Shown: positions 9,224 through 18,196 of the stretch, piece by piece
Numbering within the stretch: position 1 is the first letter of the stretch
Layout of the letters: each line of letters opens with the position of its first letter
Assembly (NCBI GenBank): GCA_949287905.1
Contig: CASEHX010000009.1
Span: 23,365 to 87,364, forward strand
DNA length: 64,000 bases
Direction of reading: 5' to 3'
Source of the DNA: an uncultured Olsenella sp.
Lineage (GTDB): Bacteria; Actinomycetota; Coriobacteriia; Coriobacteriales; Atopobiaceae
Position numbers and translations under genes: made by a program
The notes under the pieces: generated by a model
What the model was told of the DNA's origin: nothing
The model's input: only the letters and a program-made list of their open reading frames with translations
Databases searched by the model: none

Positions 9224-9844
9224 ATGTCCTACTGCGACTGGGACACCACCGATGAGCTCTGCCTGCGCTACCACGACGAAGAGTGGGGCGTACCGCTGCA
9301 CGACGACCGCGGGCAGTTTGAGTTCCTCTCGCTCGAGGTCATGCAGTGCGGGCTCAACTGGACCATGATGCTGCACAAGCGCGAGGTGTTCCGCGCGTGC
9401 TTCGCGGGCTTCGACTTTGACGCCGTGGCGGCGTTCGGCTCGGATGACGTTGAGCGCATCCTGGAGGCGCCGGGGATGATCCGCTCTCGCCGCAAGGTCG
9501 AGGCCATCATCGGCAACGCGCGCTGCTTTCAACAGGTACGTGAGGAGTTTGGCAGCTTTGACGCCTACCTCTGGGGCTTCTCGGACGGCAAGACGATTCT
9601 CTACAACAAGCACGCTGACGGGTGGATCCCCGTGAGCAACGGCCTCTCGGCGCGTATTGCGGCTGACCTGCGCCGACGCGGCTTCAAGTATCTGGGCCCC
9701 ACGACGGTCTACTCACACCTCCAAGCCTGCGGCATCATCAACGATCACGGTCGCGACTGCCCGCGCTACGCGGAGATCAACGCCCTGGGCCCCACGATCG
9801 AGAAGCGTCGCCACCTCGAGAAGGACGTCCGCCACTACGAGTGA
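9224..9844 (+). CDS. tag: DNA-3-methyladenine glycosylase I
   Basis: YHDEEWGVP, FEFLSLEVMQCGLNW, GFKYLGPTTVYSHLQACGIINDH. Confidence 0.92.
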   Translation: MSYCDWDTTDELCLRYHDEEWGVPLHDDRGQFEFLSLEVMQCGLNWTMMLHKREVFRACFAGFDFDAVAAFGSDDVERILEAPGMIRSRRKVEAIIGNARCFQQVREEFGSFDAYLWGFSDGKTILYNKHADGWIPVSNGLSARIAADLRRRGFKYLGPTTVYSHLQACGIINDHGRDCPRYAEINALGPTIEKRRHLEKDVRHYE

Positions 9845-9885
9845 TCCAAAAGGGGACAGACCTCTTTTGGATCACAGGTCTGGAG

Positions 9886-9956
9886 ATTCTTGACGCAATG
9901 TGTCAAGAAAGTGCACGCAGTGGGTGCGCAATTCGAGACGCGCCGTGTTTCGAATC
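9886..9956 (+). repeat. Array A: three overlapping palindromic units resembling the yhcG variable segment
   Basis: ATTCTTGACGCAATGTGTCAAGAA, AAAGTGCACGCAGTGGGTGCGCAA, ATTCGAGACGCGCCGTGTTTCGAA. Confidence 0.85.
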
Positions 9957-9980
9957 GAAATATCCGGAAAAAGATACTAG

Positions 9981-10009
9981 CGAACAAACGTTCTCAACTG
10001 TGCTATACT
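9981..10009 (+). promoter_or_regulatory. LexA (SOS) box plus extended -10
   Basis: CGAAC-AAAC-GTTCT matches GAAC-N4-GTTC; TG-c-TATACT at 10001-10009. Confidence 0.65.
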
Positions 10010-10206
10010 CTCACCAAGGTACGGGAGCGACAAGAGCGGCACGGAGGCCCCCAATGGTACGTGTCGGCGGGTGACCAGGGGCAGTAGGGACTGGTCACAC
10101 TTGAAGCTCTCGGGCGGGCACGCGCCCCCGTCGTCCGGCACCCCAAAAGTCCGGAGCTCACAGTCTGTGCAGGTTTATTTGCCGTGAGTGAGACGGGGGT
10201 TCAGTT

Positions 10207-11253
10207 ATGGCCAAGAAGTCCATCAAGCAGTTTGACGAGAAGAACGACGAGCAGGTTTACGTATCCGTTCGCGAGACGCTGGAGTCCGCGCGCGGCAAGG
10301 TGGAGCGTGCTGTCAACAGCGCTATGGTCGAGGCGTACTGGGAGATTGGGCGTCAGATCGTGGAGGCAACGGGGGAGCGCGCAGAGTACGGGAAGCATCT
10401 GGTGCGATATCTTGCCGAAAGGCTGACGGCGGAGTATGGGAAAGGGTTTGACTACACCAATCTCACCAATATGCGTAAGTTCTACCAAGCCTTTCCAATT
10501 CTTGACACAGTGTGTCAAGAATTGAGCTGGTCGCATTACCGCAGGCTGATGCGTATTCCCAACCAAGAACAGCGTGAATTTTATATGCACGCAGCGGCTG
10601 AGGAACATTGGACCGTTCGTCAGCTCGACCACCAGATCGCAACGTTCTATCGCGAGCGCCTGCTCTCCTCGCAGGGAGAGAAGCGCGAACTCATTCGCTC
10701 TGAGATTCAACGTTCCGAGCCGGCGACGACAGCGGACGACTTCATCAAGGACCCGTACGTACTGGACTTCCTGGACCTGGGCGGTCGCACGGACTTTGAC
10801 GAACACCAGCTTGAGCAGGCGCTCATGACGCGGCTGCAGGAGTTCATGTTGGAGCTGGGACGCGGCTTTGCCTTTGTTGGCCGCCAGTACCGGCTCGACA
10901 GCGAGCAGGCGAGCTACTACGTCGACCTCGTCTTCTACAACATCAAGCTCAAGTGCTACGTGCTCATCGAGCTCAAGACGCGCCCGCTCAACGCCAAGGA
11001 CGTTGGTCAGATGGACTTCTATGTCCGTCTGTTCAACGAGAAGTACGCGGGCACTGGCGACAACCCGACCATCGGACTCATCCTCTGTTCGAGCTCCGAC
11101 CGGACGGTGGCAAAGTACTCCGCGCTTGCCGACGGCAAGGGACTCTTCGCGTCGAGCTACGTCACATGCCTGCCTACCGAGGAGGAGCTGACCGACGCCC
11201 TCGAGCCCACACGCCGTGCGATTGCTGAGGCCCGTGCGGAGCGAGACGAGTAA
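10207..11253 (+). CDS. YhcG/DUF1016 PD-(D/E)XK nuclease-domain protein (copy 2)
   Basis: AYWEIG, GKGFDYTNLTNMRKFY, LSWSHY, KDPYVLDFL, ELGRGFAFVGRQ, VDLVFY, IELK, GLILC. Confidence 0.93.
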   Translation: MAKKSIKQFDEKNDEQVYVSVRETLESARGKVERAVNSAMVEAYWEIGRQIVEATGERAEYGKHLVRYLAERLTAEYGKGFDYTNLTNMRKFYQAFPILDTVCQELSWSHYRRLMRIPNQEQREFYMHAAAEEHWTVRQLDHQIATFYRERLLSSQGEKRELIRSEIQRSEPATTADDFIKDPYVLDFLDLGGRTDFDEHQLEQALMTRLQEFMLELGRGFAFVGRQYRLDSEQASYYVDLVFYNIKLKCYVLIELKTRPLNAKDVGQMDFYVRLFNEKYAGTGDNPTIGLILCSSSDRTVAKYSALADGKGLFASSYVTCLPTEEELTDALEPTRRAIAEARAERDE

Positions 11254-11362
11254 TTCGCTTATTTTGATGTCGACGACTCTTCCTATTCGATCACGAACAA
11301 ACGGGACGGTAAGTGCTATGGGTAAACTAGTGGAAGGGAGACTGAGGAGGCCGGTTCAGGTG

Positions 11363-11626
11363 ATGTGGGGCTACGTGCAACTTGCCGATGAGACCCAGGT
11401 TGCCTACTCCGACCTTCGCGAGGACGGTACGCTCGAGGTTGCCGTAGAGAGGCCCGTTGACATGGGTTTCGATTCCGCGCGATGCCTGTTGCCGGCTCAT
11501 AGGTGGTTTGATGTAACAGGTTTCTCGGGTGAAGAGCTGGCAGAACTCGACGTCTTTGTCCGGAATAACGCGCCGTTCATCTTTGAGCTGGCAGAGCGTC
11601 GTGCCTCAGAGCAGGCGATTGCCTAG
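11363..11626 (+). CDS. Small hypothetical protein
   Basis: RBS GAGGAGG; MWGYVQLADETQVAYSD...FVRNNAPFIFELA. Confidence 0.7.
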   Translation: MWGYVQLADETQVAYSDLREDGTLEVAVERPVDMGFDSARCLLPAHRWFDVTGFSGEELAELDVFVRNNAPFIFELAERRASEQAIA

Positions 11627-11764
11627 ATTGTGAACTCAGTGCGTTCACAGCCCTGATTCGGCACACGCCGTGTGCCGAATCCTTGGCTTGGAGATTCTGG
11701 ACTCAATGCGTCAAGAAAGTGCACGCAGCGTGTGCACAATTCGAGACGCACGGTGTCTCGAATT
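11627..11764 (+). repeat. Array B: five palindromic units resembling the yhcG variable segment
   Basis: Units at 11627, 11656, 11694, 11716 and 11739; the last three are a diverged direct repeat of array A. Confidence 0.85.
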
Positions 11765-11773
11765 GACGGAGCG

Positions 11774-12262
11774 CTACAGATCAACCACGCGGACGTCGTG
11801 GCAGTGCGCGCGCAGCAGCATGATCAGGTCCGTCGTGGCGAGAAGGACGGTTGCGGTGTTGTCGCAGGGGTGAACGGTCACCCGCCCGGCATCGACGAGC
11901 GCCTGGTCGAGCACGACCTCCACGTGCCGCTCGGCATCGTTCAGCGCGCCGAGCGGCGTGACGGCGCCCGGCACCAAGCCGAGCATCGCGCGCAGGTCCT
12001 GCTCGCTCGCAAACGAGAGTCGCCGCGACCCCAGGCTTTCCTGGATCTCTCGCAGCGAGACGTTCTTCTCGTCCGGAAGGCAGACGAGGTAGTACGCACG
12101 GTGCTTGTCGTCCCGCAGAAAGAGGTTCTTGGCGCCGAGCTCGCGATGGGGGATGCCCGCGGCCACAGCCTCCGCGACGGTGTAGACCGCCACGTGCTCG
12201 TAGAGCTCGTAGGCAATCCCCTCGTGGTCGAGCAACTCCAGCGTCTCGGCTTTTCCGTACAT
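11774..12262 (-). CDS. YbaK/ProX-family aminoacyl-tRNA editing protein
   Basis: KNLFLRD, RLSFAS, LGLVPGAVTPLG, HPCDNTATV. Confidence 0.9.
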   Translation of the reverse strand: MYGKAETLELLDHEGIAYELYEHVAVYTVAEAVAAGIPHRELGAKNLFLRDDKHRAYYLVCLPDEKNVSLREIQESLGSRRLSFASEQDLRAMLGLVPGAVTPLGALNDAERHVEVVLDQALVDAGRVTVHPCDNTATVLLATTDLIMLLRAHCHDVRVVDL

Positions 12263-12334
12263 GATGACCTCCCTTACCCCAGCTTAGCGGTAGAGTGGGG
12301 GAAACGCAGGACCTTTCGTCAGACGGAGGCGGAC

Positions 12335-13828
12335 ATGGCAGACGAGCAGAGCGTCCAGCAGCAGACCACCCAGGCAACGGACGAGGTGATTACGGCCCCG
12401 GCCGAGAAACGCCTAGGCCTCCCGGAAGCCGCGAGCAAGGACCTTGCGTGGGAGACAGACGGCCAGCGCATCGACTACACCGCCACGGCCGCCCACCTCG
12501 ACGTCCGCACGGACACCGGCTCGCTCATCGGCAAGATGTTCAGCCTCTCCTACGTGGCCAAGCTCGAGGGCGAGAAGAGCGCCCGCCCCGTGACCTTCTG
12601 CTACAACGGCGGCCCGGGCAGCTCGTCGGTCCCCGTGAACCTCGGCGGCATCGGCCCGCGCCGCGTGGCCACGGACGGCACCGCGCACCTCTCCCTGCCC
12701 GCGCGCGTTGAGGACAACCCCCACACGCTGCTACGCCAGAGTGACCTCGTCTTCCTGGACGCGCTCGGCACCGGCTACTCGGCCATCGCCGAGGGCGTGG
12801 ACCCCAAGACCGTCTGGGGCGTGGACGGCGACGCGGATGCCTTCGCCCGCGCGATCGTCGCGTGGCTCACGGCCAACCACCGCTGGGGCTCGCCGGTCTA
12901 CCTCTTCGGCGAGTCGTACGGCACGATCCGCAACGCCGTCCTCATGCGCGTGCTGGGCGAGAAGAACGTGCCCGTGCGTGGCGTCATCATGCTCTCCGCG
13001 ATCTTCGATTGGGTGCAGACCCTGCCCGGCGAGGACCTCTACTACCTGGGCATGCTGCCGACCTTTGCCGCGACGGCCCACTACTTCGGCCGCGCCGGCA
13101 AGGGCGCCGACGAGGTCCAGTGGTTCGAGGACGCGATGGACTTCACCGAGCGCGTCTACGCCCCGGCGCTGCTGCGCGGCGACCGCCTGCCCGCGCGCGA
13201 GAAGACCTCCGTGGCGCGGCGCATCTCCAAGTTGATCGGCCTTCCCGTCGAGCAGATCGAGCGGTGCAACCTGCGCGTTGACCTCGACACCTTCCGCCGC
13301 AGCCTGCTCGCGGACGAAGGTCTGGTCACCGGTCGCCTGGACATGCGCTTCACCTCGGCTGCGCCGCTGCCGGTCCAGGGGTCCACGGCCTTCTTTGCCG
13401 CTGAGGACCCGGCTGACGACGCGGTGGAGAGCGTCTGGCACGCCGCCTTCCGCGCGCACCTCGACGAGATCGGCTTTGCCGGCGCGCCCACCTACCTCGT
13501 GAGCAACTACAGCAAGGTAGGCGTGGCCTGGAACTGGACGCACGAGGAGCCTGGCACGGAGGAGCCCGCCACCGCGCCCAACGTCACCTACGACATCGCC
13601 GTGGCCATGAAGCGCAACCCCACGATGCGCCTGCTCATCCTCGGTGGCCGCTACGACGCGGCGACCACCTACTGGAACGTGGTGCACGACATGTCCTGTC
13701 TGTTCCTGCCCCCTGCCCTCAAGGAGCGCGTGAGCTATAGGCTCTACGGCTGCGGCCACATGGCCTACGTCGACGTGCCCACGCTCGAGGCGATGGGCGC
13801 CGACCTCGCGGAGTTCTACGCAAAATGA
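12335..13828 (+). CDS. Peptidase S10 (serine carboxypeptidase)
   Basis: NGGPGSSS, GTGYS, FGESYGT, GHMAY. Confidence 0.9.
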   Translation: MADEQSVQQQTTQATDEVITAPAEKRLGLPEAASKDLAWETDGQRIDYTATAAHLDVRTDTGSLIGKMFSLSYVAKLEGEKSARPVTFCYNGGPGSSSVPVNLGGIGPRRVATDGTAHLSLPARVEDNPHTLLRQSDLVFLDALGTGYSAIAEGVDPKTVWGVDGDADAFARAIVAWLTANHRWGSPVYLFGESYGTIRNAVLMRVLGEKNVPVRGVIMLSAIFDWVQTLPGEDLYYLGMLPTFAATAHYFGRAGKGADEVQWFEDAMDFTERVYAPALLRGDRLPAREKTSVARRISKLIGLPVEQIERCNLRVDLDTFRRSLLADEGLVTGRLDMRFTSAAPLPVQGSTAFFAAEDPADDAVESVWHAAFRAHLDEIGFAGAPTYLVSNYSKVGVAWNWTHEEPGTEEPATAPNVTYDIAVAMKRNPTMRLLILGGRYDAATTYWNVVHDMSCLFLPPALKERVSYRLYGCGHMAYVDVPTLEAMGADLAEFYAK

Positions 13829-13855
13829 TTCAAAAGGGGTCTGTCCCCTTTTGAA

Positions 13856-14518
13856 TCATCGCTCGAGCTTGCGGATGACCTCGATCGTGGGATCTACCTC
13901 GGCGGCAAAGGCGTCGAAGTCGGCGTAGGTGCCGACGATGCTGCCGTAGTGGGTGGGCACCACGGCGCGCGGCCGCAGCGCGTTCACGAAGGCTGCGGCC
14001 TGGCGAGGGTCGCAGGTGTAGGTGCCGCCGATCGGCACGAGCGCGACGTCGCAGCTCACGACCTCGTTGTCCGGGTTCTGGTCCGTGTCTCCGGAGACGT
14101 AGTAGCGCGTGGGCTCGCCGTCGATCGTGACCACGTAGCCGAGCCAGCCGTTCTCGCGCGGGTGCATGCCCAGGCGCTCGGGCTCCACGTTGTAGGCGGG
14201 CACGGCCTCCACGCAAAGCCCCGGCAGCTCCAGCCTCTCGCCCGCGCCCATGAGGTGCGTCTCGGCAGCGCCCAGCCCCGCGATGTCGCCCGCCATGCTC
14301 GCCGGCGCCACGACCACGGTCTTCTCGCCGGCCACGCGCGCGTAGTCCTCGGGCGAGAGGTGGTCGTAGTGGGCGTGGGTGATCAGCACGTAGTCCGCGT
14401 CGTGCGCGGCCTCGGCGTCGGTCAGCGCAAAGGGGTCAAAGCAGACGACGGTTCCCGCCACCCCCTCGATTCGGATGGCGCTCTGGGTGAACACGCGGAC
14501 GTTCTCGAGGCTGCTCAT
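13856..14518 (-). CDS. MBL-fold metallo-hydrolase
   Basis: ITHAHYDH, SGDTD, PIGGTYT, PTHYG. Confidence 0.9.
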   Translation of the reverse strand: MSSLENVRVFTQSAIRIEGVAGTVVCFDPFALTDAEAAHDADYVLITHAHYDHLSPEDYARVAGEKTVVVAPASMAGDIAGLGAAETHLMGAGERLELPGLCVEAVPAYNVEPERLGMHPRENGWLGYVVTIDGEPTRYYVSGDTDQNPDNEVVSCDVALVPIGGTYTCDPRQAAAFVNALRPRAVVPTHYGSIVGTYADFDAFAAEVDPTIEVIRKLER

Positions 14519-14575
14519 GGCGGCTCCCCTCCTATAATGGCGTTGCTGTGATTCTACGTTGAGTCGGAGGCCATC

Positions 14576-15103
14576 ATGCGCGAGAAGATCGACGTCACCG
14601 AGTACGCACCCACCATCCTGCGCGAGCTGCCCCAGGGCGTGCTGCTGACCGCGAGCGCGGACGGCCGCGCCAACCCCATGACCATCGGCTGGGGCACGCT
14701 GGGCGTCGAATGGGGCAAGCAGCTCTTCGTTGCGTACGTCCGCAGCAGCCGCTTCACCTACGGCCTCGTTGAGAAGAGCGGAGAGTTCTCGGTCAGCGTG
14801 CCCATGCGCACGGGCGAGAAGGACCTCGACCAGCGCATCAACCAGATCCTGGCGGTCTGCGGATCAAAGAGCGGACGCGACATGGACAAGGTTGCCGAGC
14901 TCGGCCTCACGCTCGTGGACGGCGAGGAGGTTGCCGCCCCCGCCATCAAAGAGCTCCCCCTCACGTTGGAGTGCCGCGTGCTCTACAAGGACGAGCAGAA
15001 CGAGTCGCGCCTCCCGGAGGACCTGCGCGAGCGCTACTACTCCACGGACGCGCCGCACACCGCCTACTATGCGGAGATTGTCTCCGCCTATCTCCTTCGA
15101 TAG
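14576..15103 (+). CDS. Flavin reductase-like protein
   Basis: NPMTIGWG, CGSKSGRDMDK, LTLECR. Confidence 0.85.
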   Translation: MREKIDVTEYAPTILRELPQGVLLTASADGRANPMTIGWGTLGVEWGKQLFVAYVRSSRFTYGLVEKSGEFSVSVPMRTGEKDLDQRINQILAVCGSKSGRDMDKVAELGLTLVDGEEVAAPAIKELPLTLECRVLYKDEQNESRLPEDLRERYYSTDAPHTAYYAEIVSAYLLR

Positions 15104-15124
15104 GCCTTTGCGAGTCGCGGGCGA

Positions 15125-16174
15125 CTAGCCCTTTCGGCCGTCGCCCCTGATCGCGCCGCCGATCGCCCCCAGCATGTCCGCGCACCGCTGCGAGGCGGCG
15201 AGCGGCATGACGGGCGACTCCACGCTGCCGTCAAGCAGCAGGTCAACGAAGTGCTCGATCTCGCCGTAGAGGTCGTCCACGGGAAGGGGGAGGTCCAGCT
15301 CCACGGGCTTCTTGCCAGCCCGCTCCAGGCGCGCGTGCGTGGGTCTGTGGGGCTGGTCGACCACGATCTGCCCCTCGGTCCCCACGAGTCTCGTGTAGCG
15401 CGTGTTGTCACGGTCCGCGGCGGCGAGCAGCCGCGCGGTCCCCTCGCCAAAGCGCAGCTCGGCGTCAACGGCGCAGTCCACGCCCGCCTCCCAGCGTGCC
15501 TCGGCACCCGTCACCTCAAACGGTCCGGAGAGGTAGTCCTCGATCCAGGCCGCGCAGTAGATGCCGGTATCCAGCAGCATGCCACCGCCCACCGGCGAGG
15601 ACAGGTAGTCGCCGCCGCGCAAGATGCGGTCCAGCATGGCGTTCTGGAGCACGGCCTCAACGCGCGTCAGCCGCCCGATCGCACCTTGTCCGACGAGCTC
15701 GCGCACGCGCCGGTACAGCGGCAGAAAGCGCGTCTTCATGCCCTCCATGAGAAGGGTTCCCGTCTCATGGGCCGTGCGGGCGAGAAGCGCCGTCTCCTCC
15801 GGGCTCACGCAGAGCGGCTTCTCGCAGAGAACCGCCTTGCCCGCCCTCAGCGCCGCGACCACCCACTCGGCATGGAGGTGATGGGGGAGCGCGACGTAGA
15901 CGGCGTCGACATCAGGTCTGGCGAGAAGGGCGGCGTGGGCCGATCCGGCAACGCCTCCGAGCGCCTCGTCGGAGAGGGCGTCCTCGGTGGACATGCCGTG
16001 CTCGAGCGCGAATGCGGTCGCCTTGGCGGTGCTCCGGCAGCTGATGGCAACGAGCTCCGAGCGCGGCTCGCTTGCGAGGCTGCGCGCGAAGCGGTGGGCG
16101 ATGTTGCCCGCGCCGACGATGCCCCAGCGAACGAGGCTCGACGCTCCGCTGGCCACGCCGTCCTTCTCGCCCAT
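15125..16174 (-). CDS. Gfo/Idh/MocA oxidoreductase
   Basis: WGIVGAGNIA, VLCEKP, GGGMLLDTGIY. Confidence 0.9.
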   Translation of the reverse strand: MGEKDGVASGASSLVRWGIVGAGNIAHRFARSLASEPRSELVAISCRSTAKATAFALEHGMSTEDALSDEALGGVAGSAHAALLARPDVDAVYVALPHHLHAEWVVAALRAGKAVLCEKPLCVSPEETALLARTAHETGTLLMEGMKTRFLPLYRRVRELVGQGAIGRLTRVEAVLQNAMLDRILRGGDYLSSPVGGGMLLDTGIYCAAWIEDYLSGPFEVTGAEARWEAGVDCAVDAELRFGEGTARLLAAADRDNTRYTRLVGTEGQIVVDQPHRPTHARLERAGKKPVELDLPLPVDDLYGEIEHFVDLLLDGSVESPVMPLAASQRCADMLGAIGGAIRGDGRKG

Positions 16175-16177
16175 GGG

Positions 16178-16459
16178 CTACTTCTTTCCGAAGAGGCCGC
16201 CGAGGCTGTCGGCGATGCCGCCGAGCGGGCTGTTCTCGAGCATGTCGCCGAGATTGCCGGCAAGGTCGCCGAGGTTGTCGACGCCGCCGGAGATGCCGTC
16301 CTTCACGCCGTCGACGATCTTGGAGAGGTCGTCGTCGTTCACGGAGTGGCCCGTGAGGTCCTCGATCGCGCCCTTGGGATCGGTGACGAAGTCCTTGATC
16401 TTCTCGGGGGCGTCCGCGAGGGCGGCGGAGATCTGAGCGATGATTGCCTGGATGTCCAT
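16178..16459 (-). CDS. Small acidic hypothetical protein
   Basis: RBS AAAGGA; ends LGGLFGKK. Confidence 0.75.
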   Translation of the reverse strand: MDIQAIIAQISAALADAPEKIKDFVTDPKGAIEDLTGHSVNDDDLSKIVDGVKDGISGGVDNLGDLAGNLGDMLENSPLGGIADSLGGLFGKK

Positions 16460-16526
16460 GTGATTCCTTTCGTCGTGTTGACACTCGGACTTCGTTCATT
16501 TTCACATAGCGAGGCAGGGTTTGCCG

Positions 16527-16733
16527 CTACGGGCGCATGAGCGCTCTCTCCAGGTTGAGGGCGAGCGGATAGGGGAGCAGCCTGGCGGCAGCATAGAAGG
16601 CGCGCATGTCCGCGGACGGGATGCAGAGGGCGTGTCCGGCGCGAGCGGCCCTCAGGCCGCGCCGCGCCACGCGGCGCACGTCCTCTGCGCCGAGCCCGGA
16701 CGACGCCCCGGTGACGATCGCGATGTTGGCCAT
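16527..16733 (-). pseudogene. Internally deleted SDR oxidoreductase remnant
   Basis: MANIAIVTGASSGLG joined directly to an SDR-like C-terminal tail; only 68 aa. Confidence 0.7.
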
Positions 16734-16769
16734 GGTCGACCTTTCGTGTGACAATGAGACACGTCTGTA

Positions 16770-18152
16770 TTGTCCCACGAGACGAGGGAGTCATCCTTGT
16801 CCGATTGTGAAAAGCGTCCACATTGGGGGAGGCGCGTTCTTCTCGGCCTGTTGGTCGTCGTGGTCGTGGCCGGCGTGGCGCTTGCGATCGGCGTGTGGCA
16901 CCGGCTCGACCAGCGCAGCCGCGGCGAGGGCGTGGTCCAGGCACCGAGCGAGTTTGCCGCGCTGGAGGGCTCTACCGGGCGCACCGGCGCCTTCACGGCA
17001 GACATCGACTTCACGAGTATGGCCACCGGTGCGGAGACCATCTCCACCGAGGTGGCCTGGGATGACGACTGGTTCTTCCAGGATCCCACCGTCTACAACC
17101 ACGAGCTCGCCACCACGTGCTCCGTGCTCTCTGCCGTGGCCAACTCCGAGTCCGCATACTACCAGGCGGGGTCCGACTCGCCGGCCTACATGGAGGCCGC
17201 GCTCGCGGCGCTGGGCTTTGAGCAGATCTCCACGGCGTCCTACCAGTACCGCAGCGAGATCTTCGATGAGATCGTGGACTTTATCACCGGTACGGACGAC
17301 GTGGTTGCCTACTCGGTTGCCACCAAGCACGTGACCAGCGCGGACGGGGCCGAGAAGACCCTCTTCCTCGTGTCCATCCGCGGCAGCTACGGCTCCGAGT
17401 GGCTGAGCGACCTCAACATGGGCGATGCCGCTGTCTACGACATGGACGAGATCACGCACGAGGGCTTCGCCCAGGCCGCGCGCGAGATCGTGGACGAGCT
17501 CATGGCGCGCATCACCGAGGAGGCGGGGCTCGACGGCACGGACGATATCTGCCTGCTCTTCACCGGGCACTCGCGTGGTGCCGCAGCGGCAAACATCGCG
17601 GCCGCGTACGCCGACGAGATGTCGCAGGGCCTGCGCGTGCTGGCACCGCTTTCGAGCATCTACTGCTACACCTTTGCCACGCCCGAGGTTACGACCTTTG
17701 ATACGGCGCGCGATGCCCTCTACGACAACATCTTCAACGTCATGAACCCCAGTGACATGGTGCCGCGTCTTCCGCTTGCATCCTGGGGCTACGAGCGCTT
17801 TGGGCACGACCTGTGGCTCCCCGGCTATGGCGACGAGGGCTTCGACGAGGCGCACGAGGCCATGTGCGAGGTCTTCGAGGCCAACACGGGCGTTGCGTGT
17901 CCCTACGTGCCCGAGGACCGCGAGCACGTGGACAAGCTCGTGGAGGACCTGGGACGCGAGATCCCCACGGCCGACGATTTGGCGACGCTTGGCGGCGGGG
18001 CCACCGTTGTGAAGGACCTTCTCGCGGACGTGAACCCCATGCAGGTCCTCTACGGTCACTACCCGAGCGTCTACATCGCCTGGATGCAGTCGCTCGACTC
18101 TGTGACAATGGGGTCGTGTGACAATGGGGTCGTAGCCAACTGTCACATGTGA
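16770..18152 (+). CDS. Lipase class 3-like membrane-anchored hydrolase
   Basis: N-terminal TM; SIRGS, HEGF, TGHSRGAA, YTFATP, DMVPRLP. Confidence 0.85.
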   Translation: MSHETRESSLSDCEKRPHWGRRVLLGLLVVVVVAGVALAIGVWHRLDQRSRGEGVVQAPSEFAALEGSTGRTGAFTADIDFTSMATGAETISTEVAWDDDWFFQDPTVYNHELATTCSVLSAVANSESAYYQAGSDSPAYMEAALAALGFEQISTASYQYRSEIFDEIVDFITGTDDVVAYSVATKHVTSADGAEKTLFLVSIRGSYGSEWLSDLNMGDAAVYDMDEITHEGFAQAAREIVDELMARITEEAGLDGTDDICLLFTGHSRGAAAANIAAAYADEMSQGLRVLAPLSSIYCYTFATPEVTTFDTARDALYDNIFNVMNPSDMVPRLPLASWGYERFGHDLWLPGYGDEGFDEAHEAMCEVFEANTGVACPYVPEDREHVDKLVEDLGREIPTADDLATLGGGATVVKDLLADVNPMQVLYGHYPSVYIAWMQSLDSVTMGSCDNGVVANCHM

Positions 18153-18178
18153 CAATGGGGTCGTAGCCGACTGTCACA
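18101..18178. repeat. Tandem REP-like palindromes
   Basis: TGTGACAATGGGGTCG, then 2x TGTGACAATGGGGTCGTAGCCRACTGTCACA; related copies at 27407-27435 and 27443-27471. Confidence 0.85.
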
Positions 18179-18196
18179 AATCGAGGGGGAGAGGGC

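Noticed and set aside
9886..11764. Diversity-generating retroelement or CRISPR explanation for the yhcG arrays
   Set aside because: No reverse transcriptase or cas gene; the differences are compensatory, not adenine-specific
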